From Octopus bimaculoides (taxonomy: Eukaryota): a stretch of DNA of 60,562 bases. Shown piece by piece: positions 24,240 through 38,658 of this stretch; within the stretch, counting starts at the first letter, position 1, and each line of letters opens with the position of its first letter. The notes below the pieces were generated by a model. That model saw only the letters and a program-made list of their open reading frames with translations, searched no databases and had not been told where the DNA came from. The translations under genes and the position numbers were made by a program. The stretch is from assembly GCF_001194135.2 (NCBI RefSeq), contig NC_068981.1, positions 21,876,758 through 21,937,319 of the forward strand, written 5' to 3'.

Positions 24240-25200
24240 AATTATATGCTTCAAATATAGGTAAATTTTATTTTTGGCTACGGTGCGATATAACTCGTAG
24301 ACTTGTCAATGACAGCTGACCCGATCAGCTGTTAAGGTACAGCGTTCAGTAAATACGGGAAAAAATTTTATCTATTTATTTTTTGTAACAGCACAAAGTG
24401 AGAGAAAATCAACAGGGACATGTGTATGTGTGCGAGACAGAAAGTGTGTGTTGTATGTGTATGAGAGAGAGAGAGAGATGTGTGTTGCTGTGTGTGTGAG
24501 ATAGATAGATAGATAGAGAGTAACAGCGTACATTGTTTTATTTATTTTTCCTCGCATCTTTTTTGAGTGAGTGTGTGAGTGATTGACTGAAAGATAGAGG
24601 TGTGCGTTGTCGGTGAGAGAAAGTGTTGATGTGTGTGTGTGAGTGAGTTAGTGAGAGAGAGAGAGAGAGAGAACGCAAACTTTATTTATTTACTTTTTCT
24701 CGAATCTTTTTTAGTGAGTGTTTGACTGAGAGAGAGAAGGTGTGTTTTGCTCTGTGTGTATGTGTCTGAGTGAGAGAGAAGGAGAGAGTTATACCGTAAT
24801 TTTTTTCAGTTTTTCTCGCATCTTTTTTTAGTGTGTGAGTGATTGACTGAGAGAGAGAGAGAGGCGTTGTTATGTATGTGTAAAATGGCTCACACACACA
24901 CACAGAGCAACACACACCTTCTCTATACCTCTCTCTTTCTGTCACATACACATACAACACACACTTTTTGTCTTCATATACACACGTCCTTATCAACATA
25001 TACACACGTCCTTATCAATTTTCTCTCTTTCACTTTATGCTAACATCAAACGAAATGTACATTTCCAGCCACAAAAGTAAATAAATAAATTTTTTTTACG
25101 GAATTTACCGAATGCGTATGGGAACAGTTGAGCTGCGCACACACACCTTCGAGTCAAAACGAAAGATTGCCAATTATATCTTTAGTATAAAAGATATAAT
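24240..25200. repeat. CpG-rich composite repeat with internal duplicated (GA)/(GT) modules; class uncertain (possibly Helitron-like)
   Basis: Three similar tttattt..tcgcatcttttt..gtgagtgattgactga blocks. Confidence 0.4.
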
Positions 25201-26151
25201 TGTATGAAATATGGGTAAATTTTTAACCGTCTCATGAGATGGGTGTAATTTCTGATCAGCAGATTTTCAGAATGGTTATCAGTACCTTATAGAGAAGAAA
25301 AAAGAGTAAAGAATTGGGTGGGTATTACCTTTTATGAAAGAAATTTTTCGTTCCTAAAATTTAATTTTTTGTAACCCTCACCACTAATTCCGTGCCCTTT
25401 TCTGGTAAATGTTTCAATCCGTTTCATCAAACGGTTGCAATAGTAAAAAAAATATACCGAAATATAATTAAAACGAATAATATTGCCTGATCTAATGTAA
25501 CAACGATTTCTCTTGGTCGTGTTTGCAAACGTAACAAGAAAACTACAAGACAAAGTTTCTAGTTATGCACATTTGTTATTTTGTTGTCAAAGGTAAAAAA
25601 TAATAAAATAAATAAATAACCTGATACAGTCACTCGAAAATATTGGGGAGGGTGCCAGTCGATTAGATCGATCCAGTACGCAACTGGTACTTAATTTATG
25701 AACCCTAAACTTTTAAAAACAAGATTAAATATATATATATATATGGATGGGGAGCAAAATTAGTAACAGGCGTAAAATGAGTCATTTTTGAATTGTTATT
25801 TTCTCCCTACCTGTTTGAAATCTATTGCATCATAGATATAGCTTACTGCATCATAGATGCAACTACTGCATCAACGTGTTTGTGCTGTTATATCATCTTT
25901 CAGTGTAAAAATTTGTCAGAATAATTGTTGAAGTTGAGAGAGTTGGGAGGTTTATCCGTGGAAAAAATAAGAGGAAAAGAGAAAAGAACAGAAAAATGAT
26001 GCCGAAAAATTTATGTAACTGATTGCTTAAAGACCTGTTTTATCATGGCCCAACCGATGCACCCATTTGAGCATAATCAGATGACTGGTGCTCATTTTTT
26101 TTCAGGAAATTTTTCTTCAACTTTGACCCGATTGAGGTTGCTAATAAAATA

Positions 26152-26290
26152 CAGTAGTACCCCGGTATTCCCGAGGGTTACGTTCCTAGTGCACCTGTGA
26201 ATAGTGAAAAACGGTGAATACTGAATGTGATCCAGAAAAATGCCTATAAATGTCAAAATATAGCGTAGAATATCATAAATGTATATATAT
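26152..26290 (+). mobile_element. Tigger/pogo-type 5' terminal fragment
   Basis: TA|cagtagtacccggtattcccg...gtgaata resembles Tigger-type TIRs. Confidence 0.5.
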
Positions 26291-26639
26291 AACTAGCAAA
26301 CGCTTCAGTCCATTGGATGATTTGTATAGATGAAGAAGGTTAACTTGGACGGTGTTGTGGGAGTTTTAATCATCCGATGGACAGGCCATAAGGATTACAG
26401 AAATAGTGATTCTCACTTTGAAACTGACAATTTTGAAAATCATTTTGGATTACAGAATGCTCCAGTCTCTCATGTATCCATGTTTAAAATTTCAGTGCGA
26501 TTGGATGAACAATACTCGAGTCATAAGCACACACAAAAAAAAAAAAAAAACAGACAGACAATGGAATTTATATATTAGATGAGCCAATGAGGGAGACCTC
26601 TACATGGTAGCCAGACCTGGAAGAAATAATTATAATATG

Positions 26640-27358
26640 CTGTGCGTGAGAAGACCCAGCAAGCTAAGTGAGACCTAAATCCAAGGCCTCTGCCAGGGGT
26701 GTAACCAGCCCACTTATGCGTACCTTTCCTTCATTGGACACTAAACTCCGCTTGTGAAGACATGTTGAGGCAAGTGAAATGGAAATCGAACTAAACTCGA
26801 TGACTGGCACCCATGCCAACGTCGTCTCCTTCATTNNNNNNNNNNNNNNNNNNNNNNNNNNNNNNNNNNNNNNNNNNNNNNNNNNNNNNNNNNNNNNNNN
26901 NNNNNNNNNNNNNNNNNNNNNNNNNNNNNNNNNNNNNNNNNNNNNNNNNNNNNNNNNNNNNNNNNNNNNNNNNNNNNNNNNNNNNNNNNNNNNNNNNNNN
27001 NNNNNNNNNNNNNNNNNNNNNNNNNNNNNNNNNNNNNNNNNNNNNNNNNNNNNNNNNNNNNNNNNNNNNNNNNNNNNNNNNNNNNNNNNNNNNNNNNNNN
27101 NNNNNNNNNNNNNNACACAATTTTGAGCGTGGCCGTTGCCAGTACCACCTGACTGACCTTCGTGCCGGTGGCACGTAAAAGCACCCACTACACTCTCGGA
27201 GTGGTTGGCATTAGGAAGGGCATCCAGCTGTAGAAACTCTGCCAAATCAGATTGGAGCCTGATGTAGCCTTCTGGTTCACCAGTCCTCAGTCAAATCATC
27301 CAACCCATGCTAGCATGGAAAGCGGATGTTAAACGATGATGATGATGATGATGATGAT
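26640..27358 (+). mobile_element. RTE 3'-UTR-derived element with (GAT)n tail, spans a gap (many other copies: 37-170, 8990-9470, 12530-12890, 18090-18500, 21380-21640, 29395-29590, 40520-40875, 42590-42810, 44895-45230, 54470-54830)
   Basis: Shared 3' end catggaaagcggacgttaaacgatgatgat, also found at the end of the RT-coding copy at 3197-4085. Confidence 0.8.
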
Positions 27359-30300
27359 GATATCTGTACATATATCTATCTATCTATCTATATATATATA
27401 TCATCGTTTAATGTCTGCTTTCCATGCTATCATATATATTTATGTGAGGTATGCATCAGAATTGAACATACATTTTCAGCTGAGCAATAATATCAGAACA
27501 GGAGGTTGGAAAAGATTTTGGTATTATATATTCACCATTACACATGTTTCATTTAGTAATAGGATTTACAAAATCGTACAGTTAGTAGGAAACATGTAAG
27601 ATATCTCCTATTAAAAATTCTTCTGACAGAGAATCAGAGATAATACTATTTGATTCTCTCTTTTTATTTATTTATTTATTTGCTACTTGTTTAGAGTTGA
27701 TTCCCACTGTGCGGACATTTTCAGCCAGTGTCTTTCGTTATAGCCACAGGTTGATCAATGCCTTATGAGTGAGATTTGGTTGACAGAACCCAGAAGTAGC
27801 CCATCATTTATGTATCATCATCATCATCATCATCATTTTAATGTCCATTTTTTTTTGTATTGATTGGCCAGAAATTCACTGGGTTAGATTTTCAATGACC
27901 AGATATCCATCCTGTTGCCAACTTTCATGTGTTTCCAAGCAAGGTAATATTTTTGCTATGGCCAAGTATGTTTTCCCTAGAAGTTTGTAAATGAATGACT
28001 TCACTTGTGTGATGCTGAAGTCCATGGATGACAACAATGATGATGATGGTTATTTTCAGTTTCCCAAAGGCTATTAAATTATAGTATGAAATTTTTAGTA
28101 AATACCTTGGACAAATACTTAATAGATTTACATTAATTATCTTTGTAAGATTAAAATTTTTTTGTGAGCGTAAATTGTTGGGAATTTTTGAAATGCATTC
28201 TGTATAGAGCTGTAATGTTGGGAAGAGGGAAAATGTTTTTCCTTTTTTATTTTTAATGTTGTTGTCTGTTATATTTAATTTGCTAAGTGAACAGTAAATA
28301 TGTGACTGACTGTTTCTTTTCAAAGATATATTTAATTAGTCTGGCTCTAGTTGTCTAACAACTTCATTATGTCTGTACTCCTCAGTTTACTCAAGAGCTT
28401 GTCTGAATGCTCACTGACAGAAACATAATTATGGTTGATATCATGTTTTGTTTGGTCACCAAACCAAAATAATTTGATATTTTATAACGAAGAATGTACA
28501 CACACACATGTGCATGTGCGTGCACACATACACTCCTAAGTGCATCTAAGTTGTCCTAGTCTCTTGGTTGTTGATATTTCAAAATGTCTTACAAACATTT
28601 TGTCTGTGCATACAAATGGAAGACAGATTACTAAAACAAAAGAATTCAAAATAATCCAACCTAATAGGTGCATATGGATATATATATTAATGTCCATTGG
28701 TTGAACTGGCTGTAGCTAAAAAAAACCCCAAAAAAAACAAAAAAAAAACAATTCCCTGTAGAACATTTAAAATTCTATGTCATCTGTTTACTGAAGATTT
28801 GAAAAAATAATAGAACTGCACTTTTAAACCACAGCAACTTATCTTGTTGATCCCCAGGTCAACCTAAGGCAAAATTGAATCAAATACATTCCAGCCATGA
28901 CTGTCCCATCCATTTTTTGGAGTATCTACAACATTATCCAATATGTATTTCTTTGTTTAAGACAGTGAAGCAAAGGTTGATTTGGAGATTTCGCTGTTAT
29001 TTCTTGTAGATTAAGCAGCCAGACAAAGGTTCCTTCATTGGTAAAATTCATTCTGTGTCATAGGTTGTAATTTTATTACTGCTACCAAATATGCACAATG
29101 GTAACAGTATGGACTGAAGCTTCCACTGTAAGAAATAAGAGACATGGAACTCTGATGCTGGCATCTTAGTTAAGTAACTCTAATGCCAGATGTGGTAGAA
29201 AACTTCATTCATATCAAGTATAACAATATTGCTTTTACCACAGTTCTTAAGTACAAGAGATCATTGGTGAATTACATTTGAAAGTAAATCTCCAAAATAC
29301 ATAAATACAGCTAGCTTTGGTCACCTTTTTGAATTTAATACCTCAACCAGCTGTGGGCATATTTATAAGGTCAAAACACAATACCGTATCCATCATCATC
29401 ATTATTTAACGTCCATTTTCCATGACGGTATGGGCTGGACAATTTGACAGGGGCTGCACCAAGCTTCAGTTGTCTGCTTTGGCATGGTTTCTATGACTGG
29501 ATACCCTTCCTAATGCCAGTCACTTTACAGAGTGTACTAGGTGCTTTTTATGCAGAACCAGCACAAGTGTTTTTCACATGGCACCAACACGGGAGATTTC
29601 AAAAACCTGTTTCCATACTCAAAATTGTGGAAACAGAGTAAACTGCCTGCATTGGTTGTTAGCTATCAAGACACTACATCCCTTCAAAAATTCCATGTGC
29701 TCTCTAAACACCCTTTCCTTTTCATGGCTCTTTTAATGTTTACTTTTCTGGGGGTTATTTTAGTGTTTTTATCCTGTGAAGGCACATGGTTCAGTGGTTA
29801 GAGCGTTGAGCTTACAATCGTGAGGACCGGGCTGCGTGTTGTGTTCTTGAGCAAGACACTTTATTTCAAGTTGGTCCAGTTCACTCAGCTGCAGAAATGA
29901 GTTGCGGCATCATAGGTGCCAAGCTGTATCGGCCCCTTTGCCTTTCCTTTGGATAACATTGGTGGCATGGAGAGGGGAGGCTAGTATGCATAGGTGACTG
30001 CTGGTCTTCCATAAACAACCTTGCCCGAACTGGTGCCTGGTAGGGTAACTTTCTAGGTGCAATCCCATGGTCAGTCATGACCTAAGGGGGTCTCAGCATA
30101 TCCTGTGTATTATACATGTACTTTTGGCTATCATTGCTGTTTTTCTTTACTTGATTTATTGTTGCCTTCTGTCCCCTCTTTTACTCTTTTCTGATGAGTT
30201 GCAGTGCAACTGAACACTGTATACAATAAACTTATTATTATTATTTGATGTAGCAGCACATGTCATAGAGGGAAGAGAGGAGGGAGAAATTTAAAACAGA

Positions 30301-33300
30301 TGATTATATACAATTTCTGTAAAATATTAGGTTAGAGGGGTTGTCTTTTGTTGGGGATGGTGCATATGGAAGTATGTTGCCAAAGATTGGGATAGATTTC
30401 TGGAGAGAGGGGAGGGGCAGAATGAGTGAAGGATTTGACAAAGAGAAGTGTCACTTAGGAGTACACCATTTGTGAATGATGAAAGGAACATCATTACTTG
30501 TTGCTTGATGGGTTGGAGTGATTGTAATTGTTGTTGTTTAGCCATTGGTCACCTCTGGTCAAGCAAACCTATGATGAAAAATGTTCTGCTGTGGCCATTG
30601 TACTACATTATCTGATGTAGCTTACATTTTTTAAGATACTAGAATGAGATTTAAAGAAGATTTACCTGTTATTTCTAGTTGACTGAACAACTGCATAAAG
30701 GCTCCTTTGTAGGTTTGTGATAGAAGATTTTTGCATGTGGTGACTGTATGTACATAGAGATGAGGCATTGTGGCAACAATATCCTCATAAAATGATGAAA
30801 ATGATGTATTGAAAAGATCAATTACAGAGCCCTAAAAGCCCTAACAATAGCAGAAAAACTTTTAGCTAAGGCAGTCTTGTAGCTTTGCAAAAAGGTTATC
30901 TTGGATAAAAAGCCATTTGAGTTTATGACTCACAAGTATTTTGTACCCTCAAAAGTAACTTAAGACTAAACAATAACATCTTATAGTAACATTTCAATGC
31001 ATCTTTATAAAATCTTGTTTCTTTATTTTATCAAAATAATAATTATAGAACAGAACAAAAAATAATTAAAATAATAGAAATGAAATCAACATTTCTGTGA
31101 AAAAGATTTTATTTTATTTTATTTTAGTAGCAGCAGTTAAAGGTTCAACTGGCTTCATTGAATGTCCATGATGAGTGATGTGACATAAAACATTATATAT
31201 CACATTTAGTAACAAATTCCCTATACTGGTTATAAAGTATATAATATTCCATGACAATCTCCGGTTGTGATATATCAGTTTCTGTAAGAGGCACCATCCA
31301 GCATCTAGCTTCATTTAATAGCAGGTTTTGAAAGAATTTTACATTGAATATGGATGGGATGGTTCTATGGATTTGGATACTTTCATATGAAATATTAAAG
31401 TCAGGGTTGTTTCACTAATGTTACCCCTTGGGATTTGCACATTTTTTACAGGTAGACATTTTGAAAGAGAGTAGTGACCTTCAGAATACAGTATAATGGC
31501 TCTCTATTTTTTAAATTTTAATTCACATTAACCTTTTAGAGACTAACGCTGGTTCTATGATACAAACTTCCTGTTTTAAAGAGATCTAAATAAAAATCTT
31601 CTATCAAAATTTCAAGTTAATTTTTGGTCTAAACAATTTAGCAATGACAAAATTATTTTACTAAATTCTTCATACTTTTCCAAATTAATTGAAACAAAGG
31701 CAGCTATTTCAACAGAAATATGATAAAATAATGGTTAAAACAGGTTTCCACAGGGAAATAATCATTAGAATCCTCTTTGGTTGGTAAGACATGGTTGATA
31801 TTAAGTGAATTGATGGTAACTTATGAGAACTAGGAAATGGATTTGTGGCAGTTTCAAAGTCATTCAAGTGAAAGAGAAATTATGGATTTTTTTTTTTATT
31901 AATGTATGTACAGGAGAAATTATGTCTTGTTAATCATTAAGTCAATTATTAAGTTTAGCCAGTGATGAAAAGATTTTCTGCTGAAATCTATAACATAGCC
32001 ATAAAGATTTTCAAATGTTTTTTGTTTCCAGAATTCTTCAAATGCTTTTGTCATAGTAGAAAATTTTTATAGCAAATCTTTGAAAAATTTAACAATTGTT
32101 GATTGATTCGTAAAGCATGAAAGCATGTATATATAACAACCAAAATTAACAAATTATCAAGTGACTTTTGACAGCCAATATCTCAGAACATAATGATAAA
32201 CTCCCCAATAGATGGGAACAGTAGAGAATTGATGTTATCAATAAGAGTAGATTTAGCAAATCATTGAATAGTTTTCTTGAATACTGCTGGTATGAGTTAG
32301 ACAAGGATGAAGTAGAACTGTCTGAAGTCTTTACACACACACACACACATTTTTGCAATTTCGCTTCAGAGCTCTTAACCCACTATGTATATGTTAGGTG
32401 AAGAGCTATGAAGTTCATATTGCATAAACAGACCAGTCAGTTGCCTCATTTTCATACAGCCCATAACACTGTCATGTTATCTCTCTTGTTCACAGAGAAG
32501 CCATAATCAAAGCCAAATATGTTATGGAAGCTAAAAGACTCCTCAATGCCAAGAGACTCAGTTGCAGAGTAATAAGGCAGTAAACTGTATGGAAGCACTT
32601 CGACTGATGTTTGGTGGGTTAATCTGGGGATGTAATTTAGCCATTCCTGGCTTATTTTTCCAACATTCTGTTTTCAATGGGATGGTAATTGATCAGAAAT
32701 TGATGATCTAATTTGAAATGAAATGAAATCTGTAAATGTATAAATGCAAAAAAAAAAAAAAAAAAAANNNNNNNNNNNNNNNNNNNNNNNNNNNNNNNNN
32801 NNNNNNNNNNNNNNNNNNNNNNNNNNNNNNNNNNNNNNNNNNNNNNNNNNNNNNNNNNNNNNNNNNNNNNNNNNNNNNNNNNNNNNNNNNNNNNNNNNNN
32901 NNNNNNNNNNNNNNNNNNNNNNNNNNNNNNNNNNNNNNNNNNNNNNNNNNNNNNNNNNNNNNNNNNNNNNNNNNNNNNNAAAAAAAAAAAAAAAAATTCC
33001 ACAGTTGTGCCTGTGTGGTTGATATTTCAATAAAATGCATAAATTTTTTATGCCACATTTAAAATATAGGCAAAATGTTATTGATAAAATTTTTTAAATG
33101 AGCAACAACTTTTAATATAAAATAGAATTTTAAGAAAATAATATGATTTTAAAATTTGTCAAAGATACAATTTTGGTATTCATTTCATCATTGGTAAAGT
33201 CTGACTGCTTGGTAACTGTGTGCTGAGAGAAGACCAGTTCTTTCTGTTGGCATCGAACCTAAAACTAAAAGATTAAAAATCATATTTAATGAAACATTTA

Positions 33301-33962
33301 CATATATTTTACATTGGAAATAACTTTTAAAGAATGTCAGTGAAAAGTGTTGGAGAGATCTAATCAGATTTAACTGAGGCTGTCCCTTGTTCCCTATTAC
33401 AAATTTTCTCATTTAGTGTAACCTAAATTAAAGCCTATCAAAATTTCATGTTAATTTATGTTCCAAACAATGGCTTAAGTTATTTTACTAAACTCTTCAT
33501 TAGTTTAAGAATTAATTAAAACACAGGCAGAACTTTTCAACAGCAATATGGTAACAAAAGGGTTAAATAGGGAGTATTGAGTTAACTAGAATGAGATAAT
33601 TTTGTGAAAGAGTTCTGTTGGCTCTCTTTCATTCATTATGTCTTGTCCAGGCAGAGTTTTGTTTGTCTAAAAAACTAAATGTTGCTACGTAATTATAAAA
33701 ACATTTTTTTTACTTGTTCCAGTCATTGAACTGTGACTGTGCAGAGGCAATGCTATGAAAGGTTTAGTTGAATAAATTGACTCATCTACTTACTTTTAAA
33801 AATCTGGTATTTATTCTGTTAGTATCTTTTACCGAAGTGCAAATTTGTGGAAATGTAAACAAACCCACACTGGTTGTCAAGTGGTGGAGGGGGACAAACA
33901 CAATTACACACACCTATGTATATATATGTGTGTGTGTATATATGTGTATGTGTGTGTGTGTG

Positions 33963-34015
<53 letters not shown>

Positions 34016-34979
34016 GATCAGTAAACTGATTCCAGCCTGCTATAATGAATCCATATACATATATATAAAACATCCAAGGGTATATTTTTTCCCTCTGAAG
34101 ATATTATGCTCAGACACTGAATATTAATAGAAACAGCTGTAAGGGATGATGATTGATTTGTTGTTAATAATAAACAATTANNNNNNNNNNAAATCTCCCA
34201 CGCTCAGCACTTAAACTACTTATGCAACATCATTATACACAAAGAATAAAGTTTGGTCGACACTAGAATAATTGATTACTCAAACTGCCAACCTTCATGT
34301 CTCACTTCTCTTTGTATAGTTGTCTCTATTCTCTGACTTGATCTGGTATTAACTTAGCAACTAGAATCTGGAATCTGTAAAAAACTGGGAGAGATCTACA
34401 TTGGCAAAAATTCATCTTCAGGAGAGTTCCCAGAAATCCCAAGCTTTGCATTTTACATTTACATAAGGTAAAAGCAATTATGATTTTACCTTATACCTGT
34501 TCCAGACACTTGACTGTAGCCATGCTGGAACACAACATTCAAGAGTTTTAGATGAACAAATTTATCCCAGTACTAATTTTTAAGTCTGGTATTCATTCTA
34601 TTGATCTTTTGATAAACTGCTAAGTTAGATGTAACAAAGCAACACTAGTTATCAAGTGTTGACAAACACATAGATGGACACATGCACACACACACACATT
34701 CATACACACACATACCCATACATACACTCATACACATACATACTCACACACACACATATATCTTGTATAAGATGAGCATTCATAGTTTCCATCTACCAAA
34801 TTCACTCAGAAGGCATTGGTCTGGCTGGGATTATAGAAGACACTTGTCCAAGGTGCCACACAGTGGGACTGAACCCAAAACCATGTAGTTGCACAATAAG
34901 CTTCTTAACCACACAGTCATACCTGTGTCTATTTCTCAACAGTCTTCAGTTCCTGATGGATCAATATTTTAGCTAATTC

Positions 34980-35059
34980 TAGAAACAAGATCTTAGATAT
35001 CCAGTTGTAGTCATCACGATGATGATGACTACAACTGGATATCTAAGATCTTGTTTCTA
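34980..35059. repeat. Perfect 37-bp inverted repeat with 6-nt loop
   Basis: 34980-35016 is the exact reverse complement of 35023-35059. Confidence 0.95.
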
Positions 35060-35427
35060 TGACACGTCATGCATACTCACTATGTGTATTGCCTACATAT
35101 AACAAAGTTCAAGCTTACTCCTACACATCAAACAAAGCCAATTCCCTGCTATATCGAATTCCTGCTGTAAATTAGTTCTTTATTTATTTTCAGAGATCAA
35201 GCCCATTCTTTGAGATTCGACCCTCTTTTTCGAGGTTTTTGACAGAGCGATCACACACACACACATGCCCACGTGTGTTTCTATGAATCACACAACTTGT
35301 TCATTATGTCACCCAATTCCCAATGATGCCTTTGCAAAGAACTAAGTAAGATGGTTACAGATGCAAACACATTTCTTCATCAATGGAACTGATAGGTTTT
35401 CACATGCCCTTCTTATATATATATATA

Positions 35428-35490
35428 TATATTAGAGGTAATATATATTAGAGGTAATATATATCAGAGGTAATATATATTAGAGGTAGT
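35428..35490. repeat. 16-bp minisatellite (atatatattagaggta) x4
   Basis: Read directly. Confidence 0.85.
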
Positions 35491-36215
35491 ATGTGTGTAT
35501 ATATATATATATATTTATATGTATATATTACAGGTAGTAAGTTCTCTTCTGCATTAATTTAAGACCTTTGGAACTGTTGAAAGAAATATACTTACATCTG
35601 CCTGGTCCAGCACTGAGCAATGACAAAATATAAGATATGTCAGTATAAGCTTCTACAAATGAGATGCTTTAAAGATATCTTGCCAACTTAAGATGATTTT
35701 GATGTTTGTGTATGAGATTAATTATATTGCTTATTAAAAGTGCCATGTAGAAATACTGTGCAGTCAACATGTATTTTATACATTTTATGTGAATTTGCCT
35801 TTAACCAGACTCCATTTCGGGTTCATTAATATTATTTTGCCTGTATCTAAAAGCATCGTTAGGATAAACTGAAATTATAGAAATTAAAATGTATTAAACT
35901 TCGATTTTAAAAATGAAAAAAATTTCTTCAATTTCTTGGTAATAATTAGAAGATAGCAGATTAAATTATTCAAATATCGTTTTCTCCTCTGAAATACATG
36001 CATTAAACCTAAGCAAACAAATCCTGCATATTTGAATAAATAAATACATGCATTACATACATATAATTATGGAGAAAAGCCAAGGCTATTCGTTATGATT
36101 TTCACTGCCCCAAATATTTCAACCCTAAAGATATTCTCAGAATAATGCTTATTAGCTGTTTAACAATAAATCTTCATCAGAAAGATTATATTCTTATGAG
36201 AGAGAGAGAAGGAGG

Positions 36216-36274
<59 letters not shown>

Positions 36275-37596
36275 AAAGAGAGAGCATTTGTATATAGACT
36301 GAATAACTTATTCAAAATGTGTATGAAAGCATCAAATGTCTTAGAGCTAAAATTTTACAAATGTACCTTGCATGGTGAGTTCTAAAGATCAAGAAATCTA
36401 ATTTAGAATAGTTTGCTCAAAGCCTTTGCCTACATGAGCATGACATTCTTATGACAATTTGGGCTGCTCTAAATGGTTTCTTATCTTAAAAAATACCAGA
36501 CATTGTCATCTGTCATGATCGCAGTGTCTTTGTATTGTGTTTATGATAAATGAGAGGAAAGCTATAAAAAAAAAATATCTCAGACACATGCATGGCTGTG
36601 TGGTTAAGAAGCTTGGCAATCATGTGGTCTTTAGTTCAGTCTCACTGTGTGACACCTTGGGCAAGTATCTTCTACTATAGTCCTGGATTTACCAAATCCT
36701 TGTAAGTGGATTTGGTACATGGAAACTGAAAGAGGGCCATTGTGTGTATGTGTGTGCATGTATGTATATATATATGTATGTATGTATGTATCTATCTATC
36801 TATCTATGTATATGTATGTTTGTATATGTATGTATGTATGTATTTATCTATATAGCTACCTAATATATATATATGTATGTATGTATGCATGTACGTATGT
36901 GTATGTGTGTGTGTGTGTCACAGTTTCCTTGTCTTGACATTATTTGATAGTCACAAATAAAATAACACAGTTATGTAAGTGGTGTCCTTCATCCCAAACT
37001 CTAGTCATGGGCAAATATTACCTTGCTTGAAAATAAGGAGGGTTGGCAGCAGGAAGGGTATCCAGCCATAGAAAATGTGCCATGACAAAATTCCATCTAA
37101 CCTGTGCGAGCATGGAAAAGGGGCCATAAAATTGATGATGATGATGATGATGTCTATGTGTGCATCTTTATGTATGCCTTCCCACCCCTCCACTGCATGA
37201 CAGCCAGTGTTGGTTTGTTTACATCCTTATAATTTAGCAGGTCTCTCAAAAGAGACCAATAGAATAAGTACCAGATTAAAAAAAAAAACAAGAAAAGAAA
37301 GGGACATAAGGTCACAAGAAAAGTACATAAGTAAGAAAAGAACATAAGTAATGGGTTTATTTGTTCAACTAAAACCAGTGAGAGCTGGGGCCCCAGTATG
37401 TCTGCAATTTAATGTCATAAAAGGATAAAGAAGTGATTGAATATTATATTTTGACTGATATCATAGTGAATGTATGTGTGATGAATGGATATGTATGTGT
37501 GATGAATGGATATGTATGTATATGTTTATGTACATGTATGCATATTTGTCTATATGTGAAATGTATGAGCATGTATATGTATATACGTATATGTAC

Positions 37597-38130
37597 CTCA
37601 TATCACTGGCACATCAAACAGCTGGAACAGTTTCATATAAGGACACTGTGCAGGATCACGGGCATTCACTAGCAGGACGGAGTGACAAACCAAAATGTGT
37701 TGAACAGTGGCAGTTCAACAAGCATTGAGTCAATGTTGCTGAAGGCTCAGTTACTCTGGACTGGTCATGTCATCTGAATGACTGACAGCCATGTACCCAG
37801 ACAGCTCTTGTATGGCAAACTCATGCAGGGCTCATGCAAATGAGGAAGGCCTAAACTTAGGTGTAAGGAGACACTTAAAAGCAACCTCAAATGGAGTGGG
37901 ATTAGTCCACATGAACTTGAAGCCTCTGCCACAGACAAACCAGTCTGGAGGTCTCCTACCTCATGAGCAGCAGCTGTCTTTGAGGAGGAGCAGGGACAGT
38001 GTTTCACTGCTGCAAGAGACAAAAGTCACAGGGAGTATCCACTTCAATCCTGCACTCTGAAGAGGTATCAATAAATATTGAAACTAATCAGATTGATCCC
38101 CCTTTGTGCCTCGGGCGAATAAAATCTGTG
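37597..38130 (+). mobile_element. RTE-BovB-like LINE 3' fragment
   Basis: IKQLEQFH..LCRI.GI...SIESMLLKAQLLWTGHV...PRQLLYGKL..G...GRPKL...TLKSNLK. Confidence 0.8.
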
Positions 38131-38562
38131 GTTCAGCTTTGCTTTTCATTGTATAAATGCAAATGTGGGTTTACTAAAATCGAAAACAAAAACAAGAAAA
38201 CACTTCCATAATGATACTTTACATTTCTATGTATATTTATATATTTTGTTTTTATATTTTTTCGACATGTATTGAGAATAGATATCATTGCAATATGGAA
38301 GAGGCATTCTGCCAATAAACAACACCCCTTCACACACACATATGAGTTGGTCAATCAAGGAAATAATGCCTAAGATGGAAATTTTAAATGATTGCAAAAT
38401 TTACAATTTAGAAGGTGAAGAGACTTTGTAAATCATCTTGTTTGATGAGTGTCGTGTAGCTAATTAGGAATGTTGAATGTTAAACAAAAACTGTCTTTGT
38501 CCAGAGACATAATAAGATACTTAAGTAGATTTGCACTCAAACACCCGTCATTAACTTGGTAT

Positions 38563-38605
<43 letters not shown>

Positions 38606-38615
38606 NNNNNNNNNN

Positions 38616-38658
<43 letters not shown>

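Noticed and set aside
27925-28323. 132-aa gene
   Set aside because: Low-complexity, partly overlaps an RTE-UTR repeat, and at most faintly resembles a Penelope linker; no splice support.
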